This document shows positions 12,581 through 24,756 of a stretch of DNA of 64,000 nt, in pieces (positions within the stretch are counted from its first letter, which is position 1; each line of letters opens with the position of its first letter). Made by a program: the position numbers and the translations under genes. This DNA comes from Sphyrna mokarran (Eukaryota), in NCBI GenBank assembly GCA_024679065.1, contig JAGIQG010000013.1, positions 84,568,001 through 84,632,000 of the forward strand, read 5' to 3'. The notes beneath the pieces were generated by a model. That model searched no databases. It was not told where the DNA came from and saw only the letters and a program-made list of their open reading frames with translations.

Positions 12581-14541
12581 GCCCCAACATCTATGGTAAT
12601 CAACCGCCCCTTAATCATCTGGGAGAAGCGAGGAACTGGACCTAATTGGGGGAGAAAATCCAGAAGGTTGTTTTAGAGTCATGGAGTTCTACATCACAGC
12701 AACAGGCCCTTCCACCCATCGTGTCTGTGCCTATCCATCAAATACCTATCCATTCTCATCATTTCCTGATACTTGCTCTGCAGCCTTGCACCCTGTGGTA
12801 TTTCAAGTACTCATCAAAATGCTTAACTATAGTGAGGGGTCCCATCTGCATTCAGGAAAGAAAAGGTTGGTGTGCAGATGCAGCGAGTGGGAAAGCAGAT
12901 GGAATCCTGGTCTTTATTGCAAGGCCGGTACAGTATAAAGGTAAGGATATCGTGCTCCTCCATTACGTGGATTTACAGGCTGCCCATAGCTCTGTGCACA
13001 GTTTTGGGCAACTTACTTCTGAATGCATCTCATTGGAGACAGTTCAGACAACGTTCCCTCGGCTGACCCTTGGTACCATCACAGTTGATCTACTTGTCGC
13101 CTCAATGCCACATTTCCTGTCCATTCCCCCATATACCTCAACCCCTTTGTCAATCAAAAACCTGCCCAACTCTGCCTTGAATATATCCAATGAGACAAAG
13201 CCCATCTCTCCCTTGCTGTCTGGGAGAGCTGGGGGGTGGGGAGAGAATCCTGCAAACTAATTGCTCTCTGAGCAAAGAAATTCCTCCTCATCTCTGTCTT
13301 TAATGGAGACCCCTTGTTGCAAAACAATGCCCCCTCCACAGTTCTAGCAATCCCAACACCCCCCCCCATCTCCGAAGAGGGAAATTCCTCTCAGCATCCT
13401 TGTTAAGCACCTCCCCACTCTTAGAATCTGATCTGCTCCAATAAGATCACCTTTCTTTCTTCTAAACTCCAAATGGATACAGGCCTTGGAAACATAGAAC
13501 CACAGAACATTATAGAACAGAAACAGGCCTTTTAGCCCTTCTTGTCTGTGCTGAACCATTTTTCTGCCTAGTCCCACTGACCTGCACCTGGACCACACCC
13601 CTCTCATCCATGCATTTATCCAAGTTCTTCTTAAATGTTAAAAGTGACCCCGCATTTACCAGTTTGTCCGGCAGCTCATTCCACACTCCCACCACTCTCT
13701 GTGTGAAGAAGCCCCCTAATATTCCCTTTAAACCTTTCCCCTTCACCCTTAACCCATGTCTTCTAGTTTTTTTTCTCCCCTAGCCTCAGTAGAAAAAGCC
13801 TGTTTACATTCACTCTATCTATACCCATCATAATTTTATACACCTCTATCAAATCTTCCCTTATTCTTCTACATTCCAAGGAATAAAGTCCTAACCTATT
13901 CAACCTTTCCCTGTAACTCAGTTTCTCAAGTCCAGCAACATCCTTGCAAACTTTCTCTGCACTCTTTCAACCTTAATAATATCCTTCCTGTAATCAGGTG
14001 ACCAAAACTGCACACGATATTCTAAATTCAGCCTCACCAATGTCTTATACAATCTCACCTTAACACTCCAACTCTTATACTCAATATTTTGATTTATAAA
14101 GGCCAATGTATCAAAAGCACTCTTTACGACCCTATCCACCTATAATTTTAGGGAATTATATATCTGTGTTCCCAGATCCCTCTGTTCTACTGCACTCTTT
14201 AGTGTTCGAGCATTTACCTTGTATGTCCTACCTTGGTTTGTCCTTCCAAAGTGCAATACGTCATACTTTTCTGCATTAAACTCCATCTGCTATTTTTTAG
14301 TCCATTTTTCTAGTTGGTCCAAATCCCTCTGCAAGCTTTGAAAACCTTCCTCACTCCACTACACCTCCAATCTTTATAACATCAGCAAACTTGCTGATCA
14401 ATTTACCATATTATCATCCAGATCATTGATATAGATGACAAAGAACAATGGACCCAGCATGATTCCTGCAGCACACCACTAGTCACAGGTTTCCACTGAG
14501 AGAAGCAATCCTCCACCACCGCTCTCTGGCTTCTTCCATTG

Positions 14542-14799
14542 GTGTAGAGATGCCAGTGTTGGACTGGGCTAAACACAGTAAGAGGTCTGACAACACCAGT
14601 TTTAAATCCAACCAATTTATTTGATAGTAAACTTGCAAGCTTTCAGCTTTATAGCCTTTGTCAGGCGAATGAGGTGTTCTGCTATTGCAGACCAGAATAC
14701 TTCATTCGCCTGACGAAGGCTATAAAGTCGAAAGCTTGCGAGTTTACTATCAAATAAATCGGTTGTATTTAAACTGGTGTTATCAGACCTCTTACTGTG
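14542..14799. mobile_element. Penelope LTR inverted-repeat insertion with 11-bp flanking duplication
   Basis: Arms ~14573-14681 and ~14694-14801 are reverse complements; ttcttccattg at 14531-14541 and 14800-14810. Confidence 0.85.
14705..14742 (+). ncRNA. Minimal type I hammerhead ribozyme motif (Penelope-type)
   Basis: UUCGC-CUGACGA-A-GGC-UAUAAA-GUC-GAAA-GCUU-GCGAG: intact core, stems I and II, palindromic helix III. Confidence 0.75.
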
Positions 14800-15279
14800 T
14801 TCTTCCATTGAACCAGTGTCTAATTCAGTTTGCTACCTCTCCATGTATACCTAGTGACTGAACTTTCCTAACCTCCCATGAGGGACCTGCTCAAATCTTT
14901 CCTTGTGAGATGAACCCCCCCTTATCCCAGGAATCAGCCTAGTGATCTTTCTTTGAACACAGAGCCAGTGCCCATCAGCATTCTAAACATGAAAGTCAGG
15001 CTTTTACCATGCTTTTGACCACAGTTCCTGTCTCCCTCACTGGGTTACTGTCTGAGTCCAGAAACTCAGGCCTTTGTGCCTGGACTGAAAACCTTGGCTT
15101 GATTTTCCATAGGTATTGGCAACAGATCACATGGGCCTGTCTCCAAGCAGAGTTCAGACGATAGGCATTCCCTCTCTCTCCAGGTCAATGAATTTTACCT
15201 TGAATTGAAAGAGGCAACTTAAAACAATGGGCTCCACATTGAGGGAATTAAAGAATTAGGGCATAGAATGTGAAAGGGA

Positions 15280-15570
15280 GGATAGCACAGTGACACAGTG
15301 ATTAGCACTACTGCCTCATAGCGACAGGGACCTGGGGTCAATTCCCGGTTTGGGTCACTGTCTGTGTGGAGTCTACACATTCTCCCCGTGTGTGCGTGGG
15401 TTTCCTCCGGTTTCCTCCCCACAATCTGAAAGACGTGCTGGTTAGGGTGCATTGGCCGTACTAAATTCTCCCTCAGTGTAACCCAAACAGCCACCAGAGT
15501 GTGGCCATGAGGGGATTTTCACAGTAACTTCATTGCAGTGTTAATGCAGCTACATTACTTTTAAACTTTA
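15280..15570 (+). mobile_element. V-SINE (tRNA head + V core)
   Basis: A/B-box head and core tctccccgtg...gggtttcctccggtttcctccc. Confidence 0.88.
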
Positions 15571-15710
15571 AAAACTTTTAAGATCAGCCATAATCTTGTT
15601 GAAAGATAGAGCAGGTTAAAGAGCTGAATGCCCTCCCTTCCCACTGCCTCTCTCTTGTGTTCTAAATGGTCAATTGTCAAGATTTTAACCCTGATTTATC
15701 TTCCTTTCAG

Positions 15711-15740
15711 GCCACCAATCCAGACTGATGGAACCCAAAG
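15711..15740 (+). CDS. Gene A: cytoplasmic exon 1 (GHQSRLMEPK)
   Basis: cttcctttcag|GC...AAA G|gtaatt, 30 bp, phase 1-1, in frame with the TM exon. Confidence 0.7.
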
Positions 15741-15820
15741 GTAATTATAAACACAAATGTCTGCGCTTCCCATAGTGTAACCCGCTCCCATACTCACAGC
15801 ACACTCTGCTTTCCCCACAG

Positions 15821-15907
15821 TGCTTTTCCAGAAATGTCAAGAACGACAATCAAACCGGAGTCAGACAAGCATGCGTTCGAATGTCTCGGCCTCCAGCGCA
15901 ACTTCAG
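15821..15907 (+). CDS. Gene A: cytoplasmic exon 2 (VLFQKCQERQSNRSQTSMRSNVSASSATS)
   Basis: ttccccacag|TG...TCA G|gtaatg, 87 bp, phase 1-1; Ser-rich end parallels gene B exon 46588-46662. Confidence 0.72.
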
Positions 15908-16379
15908 GTAATGCAGCTGGTGGGAGGGCAAGGTCACCAAACATCTCTTTCCTATCCTTCCCAGGCCCTGCGCTCAAGGGCAGCATCTATCTAGCATTCA
16001 GAGAGGATCGTTGTGTCCATTTGATAGAATGAGCTCCATTATGTGGCTAATAGTCACCAGACAGTACAGAAGTTGGGCTCTGCTGCGTAAAGAGATAGGC
16101 TGTAGAAGTTTTTAATCTTGAACCCATCAGAGCAAGAATCCCAAATTTCAGAGCAAACTATAATTTATGCTGCAGGAAAACCAGTTAAATAAAGGCAGTA
16201 CTCCTTTGCCTGTTGTAAACAGCCGAACGATCATGCTATTTGATATGATCTGCCACCAATCATTGCGACGTACAGAGCTGGCAACACATGATCATTGAAA
16301 TTCATATATTCTGCATTAGTTATGTTTGCAATACATAGAATAAAGACCAGATCTATTACAGGGTTTAATCGCATAGAAA

Positions 16380-16670
16380 GTAGCATAGTGGTTAGCACTG
16401 CTGCCTCACAGTACCAGGGACCTGGGTTCGATTCCGGCCTTGGGTCACTGTCTGTGTGAAGTCTGCATGTTCTCCCTGTGTCTCCATGGGTTTCCTCCAC
16501 GTGCTCAGATTTCCTCCCACAGTTCGAAAAATGTGCTGGTTAGGTGGATTGGCCATGCTAAATTCTCCTGAACAGGTGACAGAGTGTGGCCACTAGGGGC
16601 TTTTCACAGTAACTTCAATGCAGTGTTAATGAAAGCCTACTTGTGGACACTAATGAATAAACTTTAAACT
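16380..16670 (+). mobile_element. V-SINE
   Basis: Same family as 15280-15570. Confidence 0.88.
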
Positions 16671-16998
16671 AATGTGGCGTGGAGGGACCAGGACAGGTTG
16701 TTGGTGATCTGGACACCTACAAACTTGAAGTTCTCGACCATTTCTACTCGGTCCCTGTTGATGTAGACAGGGACATATTCTTCACTACATTTCCTGAAGT
16801 TGATGACTATCTCCTTCATTTTATGGACAGTGAGATTGTCTGTGTGATAGGGGCAGGAGGGCCAAACTTGGCAAATGTCTGAATGTTCTTCAATATCTGT
16901 TGGACAGTTTCACTGTAGATCGTGCCGGTGGATTGAAAATGTGGTAGCTCAGAGTCCAGCTCCATGTTGCTGATTTTGAATTTTGTTCCCTTTTCCAG

Positions 16999-17027
16999 GA
17001 GATGGCCTGACAACGCACACAGTGTAA
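16999..17027 (+). CDS. Gene A: last coding exon (GDGLTTHTV*)
   Basis: ccttttccag|GA GAT...GTG TAA g|gtgagc; phase 1; a donor right after the stop implies a separate 3'UTR exon (candidate acceptor at 24439). Confidence 0.6.
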
Positions 17028-17057
17028 GGTGAGCAGCAGATGGCTCTTTTTGCTCAT

Positions 17058-20000
17058 CCCTGTAACCTCCTACAACCCCTACACCCCCTCCCTATCTCTG
17101 TAACCTCCTCCAGCCCCTACACCCCCCTCCCTATCTCTGTAACCTCCTCCAGCCCCTACACCCCCTCCCTATCTCTGTAACCTCTCCAGCCCCCTACACC
17201 CCCTCCTATCTCTGTAACCTCCTCAGCCCCTACACCCCCTCTATCTCTGTAACCTCCTCCAGCCCCTACACCCCCTTCCTATCTCTGTAACCTCCTCCAG
17301 CCCCTACACCCCTCCTATCTCTGTAACATCCTTCAGCCCCTACAACCCTTCCTATCTCTGTAACCTCCTCAGCCCCTATAACCCTTCCTATCTCTGTAAC
17401 CTCCTTCAGCCCCTACAACCCTCGCTATCTCTGTAACCTCCTCCAGCCCCTACAACCCTCCCTATCTCTGTAACCTCCTCCAGCCCCTACAACCCTCCCT
17501 ATCTCTGTAACCTCCTCCAGCCCCTACAACCCTCCCTATCTCTGTAACCTCCTCCAGCCCCTACACCCCTCCCTATCTCTGTAACCTCCCCAGCCCCTAC
17601 ACCCCTCCCTACTCTGTAACCTCCTCCAGCCCCTACACCCCCTCCCTATCTCTGTAACCTCCTCCAGCCCCTACACCCCCTCCCTATCTCTGTAACCTCC
17701 TCCAGCCCCTACACCCCCTTCCATATCTGTAACCTCCTCCAGCCCCTACACCCCCTCCCTATCTCTGTAACCTCTCCAGCCCCTACACCCCCTCCCTATC
17801 TCTGTAACCTCCTCCAGCCCTACACCCCCTCCCTATCTCTGTAACCTCCTCCGCCCTACACCCCCCCCTATCTCTGTAACCCCTCCAGCCCCTACACCCC
17901 CTCCCTATCTCTGTAACCTCCTCCAGCCCCTACACCCCTCCCTATCTCTGTAACCTCCTCCAACCCCTACACCCCTCCCTATCTCTGTAACCTCTCCATC
18001 CCCCTACCCCCTCCCTATCTGTAACCTCCTCCAACCCCTACACCTCCTCCCTATCTATAACCTCCTCCAACCCCTACACCTCCTCCCTATCTACAAACTC
18101 CTCCAAACCCTACACCTCCTCCCTATCTATAACCTCCTCCAAACCCTACACCCCCTCCCTATCTATAACCTCCTCCAAACCCTACACCTCCTCCCTATCT
18201 ATAACCTCCTCCAAACCCTACACCTCCTCCCTATCTATAACCTCCTCCAAACCCTACACCCCCTCCCTATCTATAACCTCCTCCAAACCCTACACCCCCT
18301 CCCTATCTCTGTAACCTCCTCCAACCCCTACACCCCTCCCTATCTGTAACCTCCTCCAACCCCTACAACCCTCCCTATCTCTGTAACCTCCTCCAGCCCC
18401 TACCACCCCCTCCCTATCTCTGTAACCTCCTCCAGCCCCTACACCCTCCCTATCTCTGTAACCTCCTCCAGCCCTACACCCCTCCCTATCTCTGTAACCT
18501 CCTCCAGCCCCTACAACCCTCCCTATCTCTGTAACCTCCTCCAGCCCCTACAACCCTCCCTATCTCTGTAACCTCCTCCAGCCCCTACAACCCTCCCTAT
18601 CTCTGTAACCTCCTCCAACCCCTACNNNNNNNNNNNNNNNNNNNNNNNNNNNNNNNNNNNNNNNNNNNNNNNNNNNNNNNNNNNNNNNNNNNNNNNNNNN
18701 NNNNNNNNNNNNNNNNNNNNNNNNNCCTATCTCTGTAACCTCCTCCGGCCCCTACACCCCTTCCTATCTCTGTAACCCCCTCCGGCCCCTACACACCATC
18801 CTATCTCTGTAACCTCCTTCGGCCCCTACACACCATCCTATCTCTGTAACCTCCTTCGGCCCCTACACACCATCCTATCTCTGTAACCTCCTCCGGCCTC
18901 TACACCCCTTCCTATCTCTGTAACCTCCTCCAGCCCCTACACCCCTCCCTATCTCTGTAACCTCCTCCAGCCCCTACACCCCTCCCTATCTCTGTAACCT
19001 CCTCCAGCCCCTACACCCCCTTCCTATCTCTGTAACCTCCTCCAGCCCCTACACCCCCTTCCTATCTCTGTAACCTCCTCCAGCCCCTACACCCCTCCCT
19101 ATCTCTGTAACCTCCTCCAGCCCCTACACCCCCTCCCTATCTCTGTAACCTCCTCCAGCCCCTACACCCCCTCCCTATCTCTGTAACCTCCTCCAGCCCC
19201 TTACACCCCCTCCCTATTCTGTAACCTCCTCCAGCCCCTACACCCCCTCCCTATCTCTGTAACCTCCTCCAGCCCCTACACCCCCTTCCTATCTCTGTAA
19301 CCTCCTCCAACCCCTACCCCCCCTTCCTATCTCTGTAACCTCCTCCAGCCCCTACATCCCCTTCCTATCTCTGTAACCTCCTCCAGCCCCTACATCCCCT
19401 TCCTATCTCTGTAACCTCCTCCAGCCCCTACACCCCCTTCCTATCTCTGTAACCTCCTCCACCCCTACATCCCTCCCTATCTCTGTAACCTCCTCCAGCC
19501 CCCTACACCCATCCCTATCTCTGTAACCTCCTCCAGCCCCTACATTCCCTCCCTCCCTATGTCTGTAACCTCCTCCAGCCCCCTACACCCCCTCCCTATC
19601 TCTGTAACCTCCTCCAGCCCCCTACACCCCCTCCCTATCTCTGTAACCGCCTCCAGCCCCTACACCCCCTCCCTATCTCTGTAACCTCCTCCAGCCCTAC
19701 ACCCCTTCCTATCTCTGTAACTCCTCCATCCCCTAGCCCCTCCCTATCTCTGTAACCTCTCCAACCCCTACACCCCCTTCCTATCTCTGTAACCTCCTCC
19801 AAACCCCTACCCCCCCTTCCTATCTCTGTAACCTCTCCAGCCCCTACATCCCCTTCCTATCTCTGTAACCTCCTCCAGCCCCTACATCCCCTTCCTATCT
19901 CTGTAATCTCCTTCAAGCCTACACCCCCTTCTTATCTCTGTAAATTCCACCAACCCTTACACCCCTCCCAATCACTGTGGCCTCCTCCAGCCCCTACATC
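17058..20000. repeat. ~33-35 bp tandem repeat (cctatctctgtaacctcctccagcccctacacccct), contains N gap 18626-18725
   Basis: Directly visible; a further degenerate unit at ~24321-24350 lies beyond the CR1 insertion. Confidence 0.96.
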
Positions 20001-20004
20001 CATT

Positions 20005-23000
20005 GAACCATAGAACCATAGAACACTACAGCACAGAAACAGGCCTTTTGGCCTTTCTTGTCTGTGCTGAGCTACTTTTCTGCCTAGTCCCACTGACCTG
20101 CACCTAGACCAGATCCCTCCACACCCCTCTCATCCAAGTACCCATCCGAGTTTTACTTAAATGTTAAAAGTGAGCCCGCAATTAGGTAATCTGTAATTGG
20201 ATGACCAAAACTGCACACAATACTCTAAATTCGGCCTCACCAATGTCTTATACAACCTCACCATAACGTTCCAACTCTTATACTTAGTACTTTGATTTAT
20301 AAAGGTCAGTGTACCAAAAACACTCTTTACGACCCTATCTACCTGTGATGCCACTTTTAGGGAATTATGTATCTGCATTCCCAGATCCCTCTGTTCTACT
20401 TGCACTCTTCAGTGTCCTGCCATTTACCCTGTATGTTCTTCCTTGGTTTGTCCTTCCAAAGTGCAACACCTCACACTTGCCTGCATTAAACTCCATCTGC
20501 CATTTTTCAACCCATTTTTCTAGTTGGTCCAAATCCCTCTGCAAGCTTTGATAACCTTCCACACTGTCCACTCCACCTCCAATTTTTGTATCATCAGCAA
20601 ATTTGCTGATTCAATTTACCGCATTGTTATCCAGATCATTGATATAGATGACAAACAACAATAGACCCAAACTGATCCGCGTGGCACTCACTGGTCACAG
20701 GTCTCCATTCAGAGAAGCAATCCTCCACAACCACTCTCTGGCTTCTTCCATTGAGCCAGTGTCTAATCCATTTATACCTCTTCACATATACCTAACGACT
20801 GAACCTTCCTAACTAACCTCCCATGCCAGACCTTGTCAAAGGCTTGCTGAAGTCCAGGTAGATAACATCCACTGCCTTCCCTTCATCCACTTTCCTGGTA
20901 ACCTCCTTGAAAAACTCTAATAGATTGGTCAAACGTGACCTACCACACACAAAGCCATGTTGACTCTCCCTAATAAGTCCCAGTCTATCCAAATATTTGT
21001 AGATCCTATCTCTTAGTACTCCTTCCAATAATTTTGATGTCAAACTTACGACTTATAATTTCCCAAATTATTTTTTGAGCCTTTTTTAAACAACGTAACA
21101 ACACGAACCATTCTCCAATCATCTGGCACCTCACCTGTGGATACCAACATTTAAAATATATCTGCTGGGTCCCTGCAAGTTCAACACTAGTCTCCTTCAA
21201 TGCCTGTGGGAACACCCTGTCCAGTCCTGTGGATTTATCTATTCTGATTTGCCAAAAACAGCAAGCACCTCCTCCCCTTTAATCTGCATAGGTTCTATGA
21301 CCTCTCTACTTGTTTGCCTTATTTTCATAGACTTCATGCCAGTTTCCTTAGGAAATACAGATACAAAAAACCATTTATTATCTCACTCATTTCTTTTGGT
21401 TGCATATAAAGCCAACCACTCCGATTTTCAAGTGGACCAATTTTATCCCTTATTATCATTTTGCTCTTAATAGAACATAGAACATTACAGTGCAGAACAG
21501 GCCCTTCGGCCTTCGATGTTGCGCCGAGCAATTAGGAACAAGGAGTGACCCTCTAACCTAAACCATTCCCTTTTTGTCCATAAACTTATCTACTAACCTC
21601 TTAAACGCCACCAAACTTGGCGCATCTACAACTGACGCAGTCAGTATATACCTGTAGAAGCTCTTAGGATTATCCTTCACCTTGACTGCCAAAGCAACCT
21701 CATGTCTTCCTTTAGCCCTCCCGATTTCCTTAAGTAGTTTCTTGCACTTTTTATACTCCTCGAGCATCTTATTTGTTTCCTGTTACCTATACATGTCATA
21801 CCTATCTCTTCTTCTTTATCAGAGTTGCAATATCCTTTGAGAACCAAGGTTCCTTATTTTTATTCACTTTGTCTTTAATCCTGACAGGAACATACAAACT
21901 CTGCACTCTCAAAATTTCTCTTTTGAAGGCCTCCCACTTACCAATCACATCCTTGCCAGAGAACATCCTGTCCAATCCATGCTTTTTTAGATCCTTTCTC
22001 ATTTCTTCAAATTTGGCCTTTTTTCCAGTTCACAACCTCAACCCAAGGACCAGATCTCTCTTTATCCATGATCAAGTTGAAACTGATGGCGTTATGATCA
22101 CTGGAACCAAAGTGTTCCCCTATACACACTGCAGTCACTTCTCTTAACTCATTTTCTAATAGGAGATCTAATATTACATCCTCTCTAGTTGGTACCTCTT
22201 TATATTGATTTAGAAAAATTTCCTGAATTTTACAAACTCCAACCCGTCTAAACCTTTAACAGTATGGGAGTCCCGATCTATATGTGGAAAACTAAAATCC
22301 CTACTATCACAACTTTGTGTTTCTTGTAGTTGTCAGCTATCTCTCTGCAGATTTGCTCCTCCAATTCTCGCTGACTATTGGGTGGTCTATAATATAACCC
22401 CATTAATGTGGTCATACTTTTCCTGTTTCTCAGCTCCACCCATATGGCCTCTGTAGACAATGCTCCCTAATCTATTCTGCCTGAGTATCACTGTAACATT
22501 TTTCCTGACCAACAATGCCACCACCTCACCCTTTATTCCTCTGCCTCTATCACATCTGAACACTGGAATCCTGGAACATTGAGCCGCCAGTCCTGCCTCT
22601 CCTGTAGCCAAGTTTCACTAATGGCTATAATGTCATATTTCCACATGTCAATCCACGCCTTCAGCTCATCTGCCTTCCCCACAATACTCCTGACATTGAA
22701 ATAGACACACCTCAAATTATTACCACCACACTCAACCCTTCTATTTGTGATCTTGCATGAACTATTAACATCATTTATTTTCAACCCCACTCCGCTATCT
22801 GCTCTGGCACCCTGGTTCCCATCCCCCTGCAAATCTAGTTTAAACACTCCCCAATAACACTAGCAAATCTCCCTGCAAATATATTGGTCACCTTGTAGTT
22901 CAGGTGTAACTTGTCTTTCTCTTGTAAAGATCCCACCTGATCCAGAAGAGGTCCCAATGATCTAGAAATCTGAAACCCTGTCCCCTACACCAGTTCCTCA

Positions 23001-24310
23001 GCCATGTGTTCATCTGCCTGAGCATCCTACTCTTACCCTCACTGCCACGTGGCACAGGTAGCAATCCTGAGATTACTACCCTCGGGGTCCTGCTTTTTAA
23101 TTTCCTACCAAGCTCTTTATACTCTCTCTTCAGGACCTTCTTACCCTTCCTTCCTACGTCATTGGTACCACAACATCTGGCTGATCACCCTCCCACTTTA
23201 GAACACTGTGCACACCATCAGAGACATCCCTGACCTTGGCACCCAAGAGACAACAAACCATCCAAGAGTCTCTGTCACGACCACAGAACCTCCTGTCTGT
23301 ACCTCTGACTATCGAGTCCCTATCACTACCACTCTCATCTTCTTCCTCCTCCCTTCTGAGCTGCAGAACCAGACTCAGTTCCAGAGATCCAGCTGCTGCA
23401 GCTTGTCCCAGGTAAGGCATCCTCCACAACAGTATCCAAATCGGGATACCTATCTTGGAAGGGGCATGGCCATCCTGCTCTGCCTGCCCTTTCCCCTTCC
23501 CTCGCTTGATGGTAACCCAATTACCTCTGCTCTGTCCTTTGGAGTAACTACCTCTCTGAAGCTACTATCTATAAACTCCTCATTCTGTTCTGGAGATTAT
23601 CCAGCTCTCTCACACAGTTTGTTAGCAACAGCAGCTGGATGCACCTCCTGTAGATGCTGTCTCCCTGACTTCCCACATCCTGCAAGAGGAGCACTCCAAC
23701 ATCCTGCCTGGATTCTTTCTACACTAAAGAATCAAAAAAATACTTACTGGACCCTCCCCTCACCTCTGCCTGTTCACGCCAAAGCCTGTTTGAGCCTAAC
23801 TTGTCCCACTCTGCTCCCTCTCACTCTGTTCTCGCTGGATAGAACGGCCTTCTTTTCAAACCTTCCACACACTATTAACTAACAGCACAGGCCTGTGCAG
23901 TCTCGCCTTCCACTCGCTGCCTCCTTTGCTCCGACTTTTTATTTACCTGCTCTCACCCGAGACTTTTTTTTTGGTTAGCGGAGGGGGGAGGGTGGGAGAC
24001 TCTACACGTGTAGTGTCTTGGGAATCCTTCCCGTTCAAATTTATTGTGCAGAAACGTTCCCAGGCCACTTTACAGCCTACTTCCAGTTTACTGATTTAAT
24101 TTAAAAAAAAACTCCACTAAAAAGTAAGGTAGAAAAAAAATCAATCTCTTACCCTCAGCATTCCTGACCCAAATCGTTCCCTCCCTGCTTTGCTCCACTC
24201 AAACAATCAGGTCGATCTTCCCAGGTAAGTAACATTAAAAAAAACCTTCCGGCCTATTTCCGGTTTACTGATTTAACTGAAAAAAAAACTCTGATAAAAA
24301 ATAAGGCAGA
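20005..24310 (-). mobile_element. Near full-length decayed CR1 LINE (5'UTR, esterase-like ORF1, endonuclease + RT ORF2), with a nested short CR1 3' fragment at ~21470-21640
   Basis: ORF1 DSIVRGTDRRFCG; EN YFNVRSIVGK, IAISETWL, GLYYRPPN; [29 protein letters not shown]; many frameshifts. Confidence 0.92.
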
Positions 24311-24756
24311 GAAAGAATTCTTCCCTATCTTTGTAACCTCCTCATTCCCCAATGGGAGAGATGATGGAGAGAAGGAGGATATTATCGATACACAGAAGAA
24401 ACTTTACTGACCAATCTCCTTTTCATTTTTCACCCCCAGAACATCAGCCAATGTGGAAACTGCTAGACTGTGTGCTGAACATGGACCCTCTGATCTTCAT
24501 GGAATTCCAGCATTCTTACAGCACAGAAACAAGCCATTCGGCTGTCATGTCTTCACTGATTCTCCGAATAAGCAATTCACTCAAACAAACTGTCTGGTGT
24601 GTTCCATGTGTCTATCCAATAACCGTTTGAAAGTTCCACCTGAGGAAATAGTCTCTGAATATCCACTCTATCAATCCCCCTCATCATCTTATAAACTTAA
24701 GTTACCTCTCATCCTCCTCCGCTCTAAAGAGAAAAGCCCCAGCTCCCTCAACCTTT

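Larger units (their letters stand above)
13488..14895 (-). mobile_element. CR1 LINE RT/3' fragment, interrupted by a Penelope-derived hairpin
   Basis: LYKTLVRLNLEYRVQFWSP, FFTQRVVGVWNELP. Confidence 0.9.

Noticed and set aside
15113-15183. Extra gene A cytoplasmic exon (GIGNRSHGP...)
   Set aside because: Good acceptor, but the only nearby donor (gtcaat) is weak and phase 0, breaking frame with downstream exons
15280-15355. tRNA genes at SINE heads
   Set aside because: A/B-box heads continue into V-SINE bodies; no complete cloverleaf
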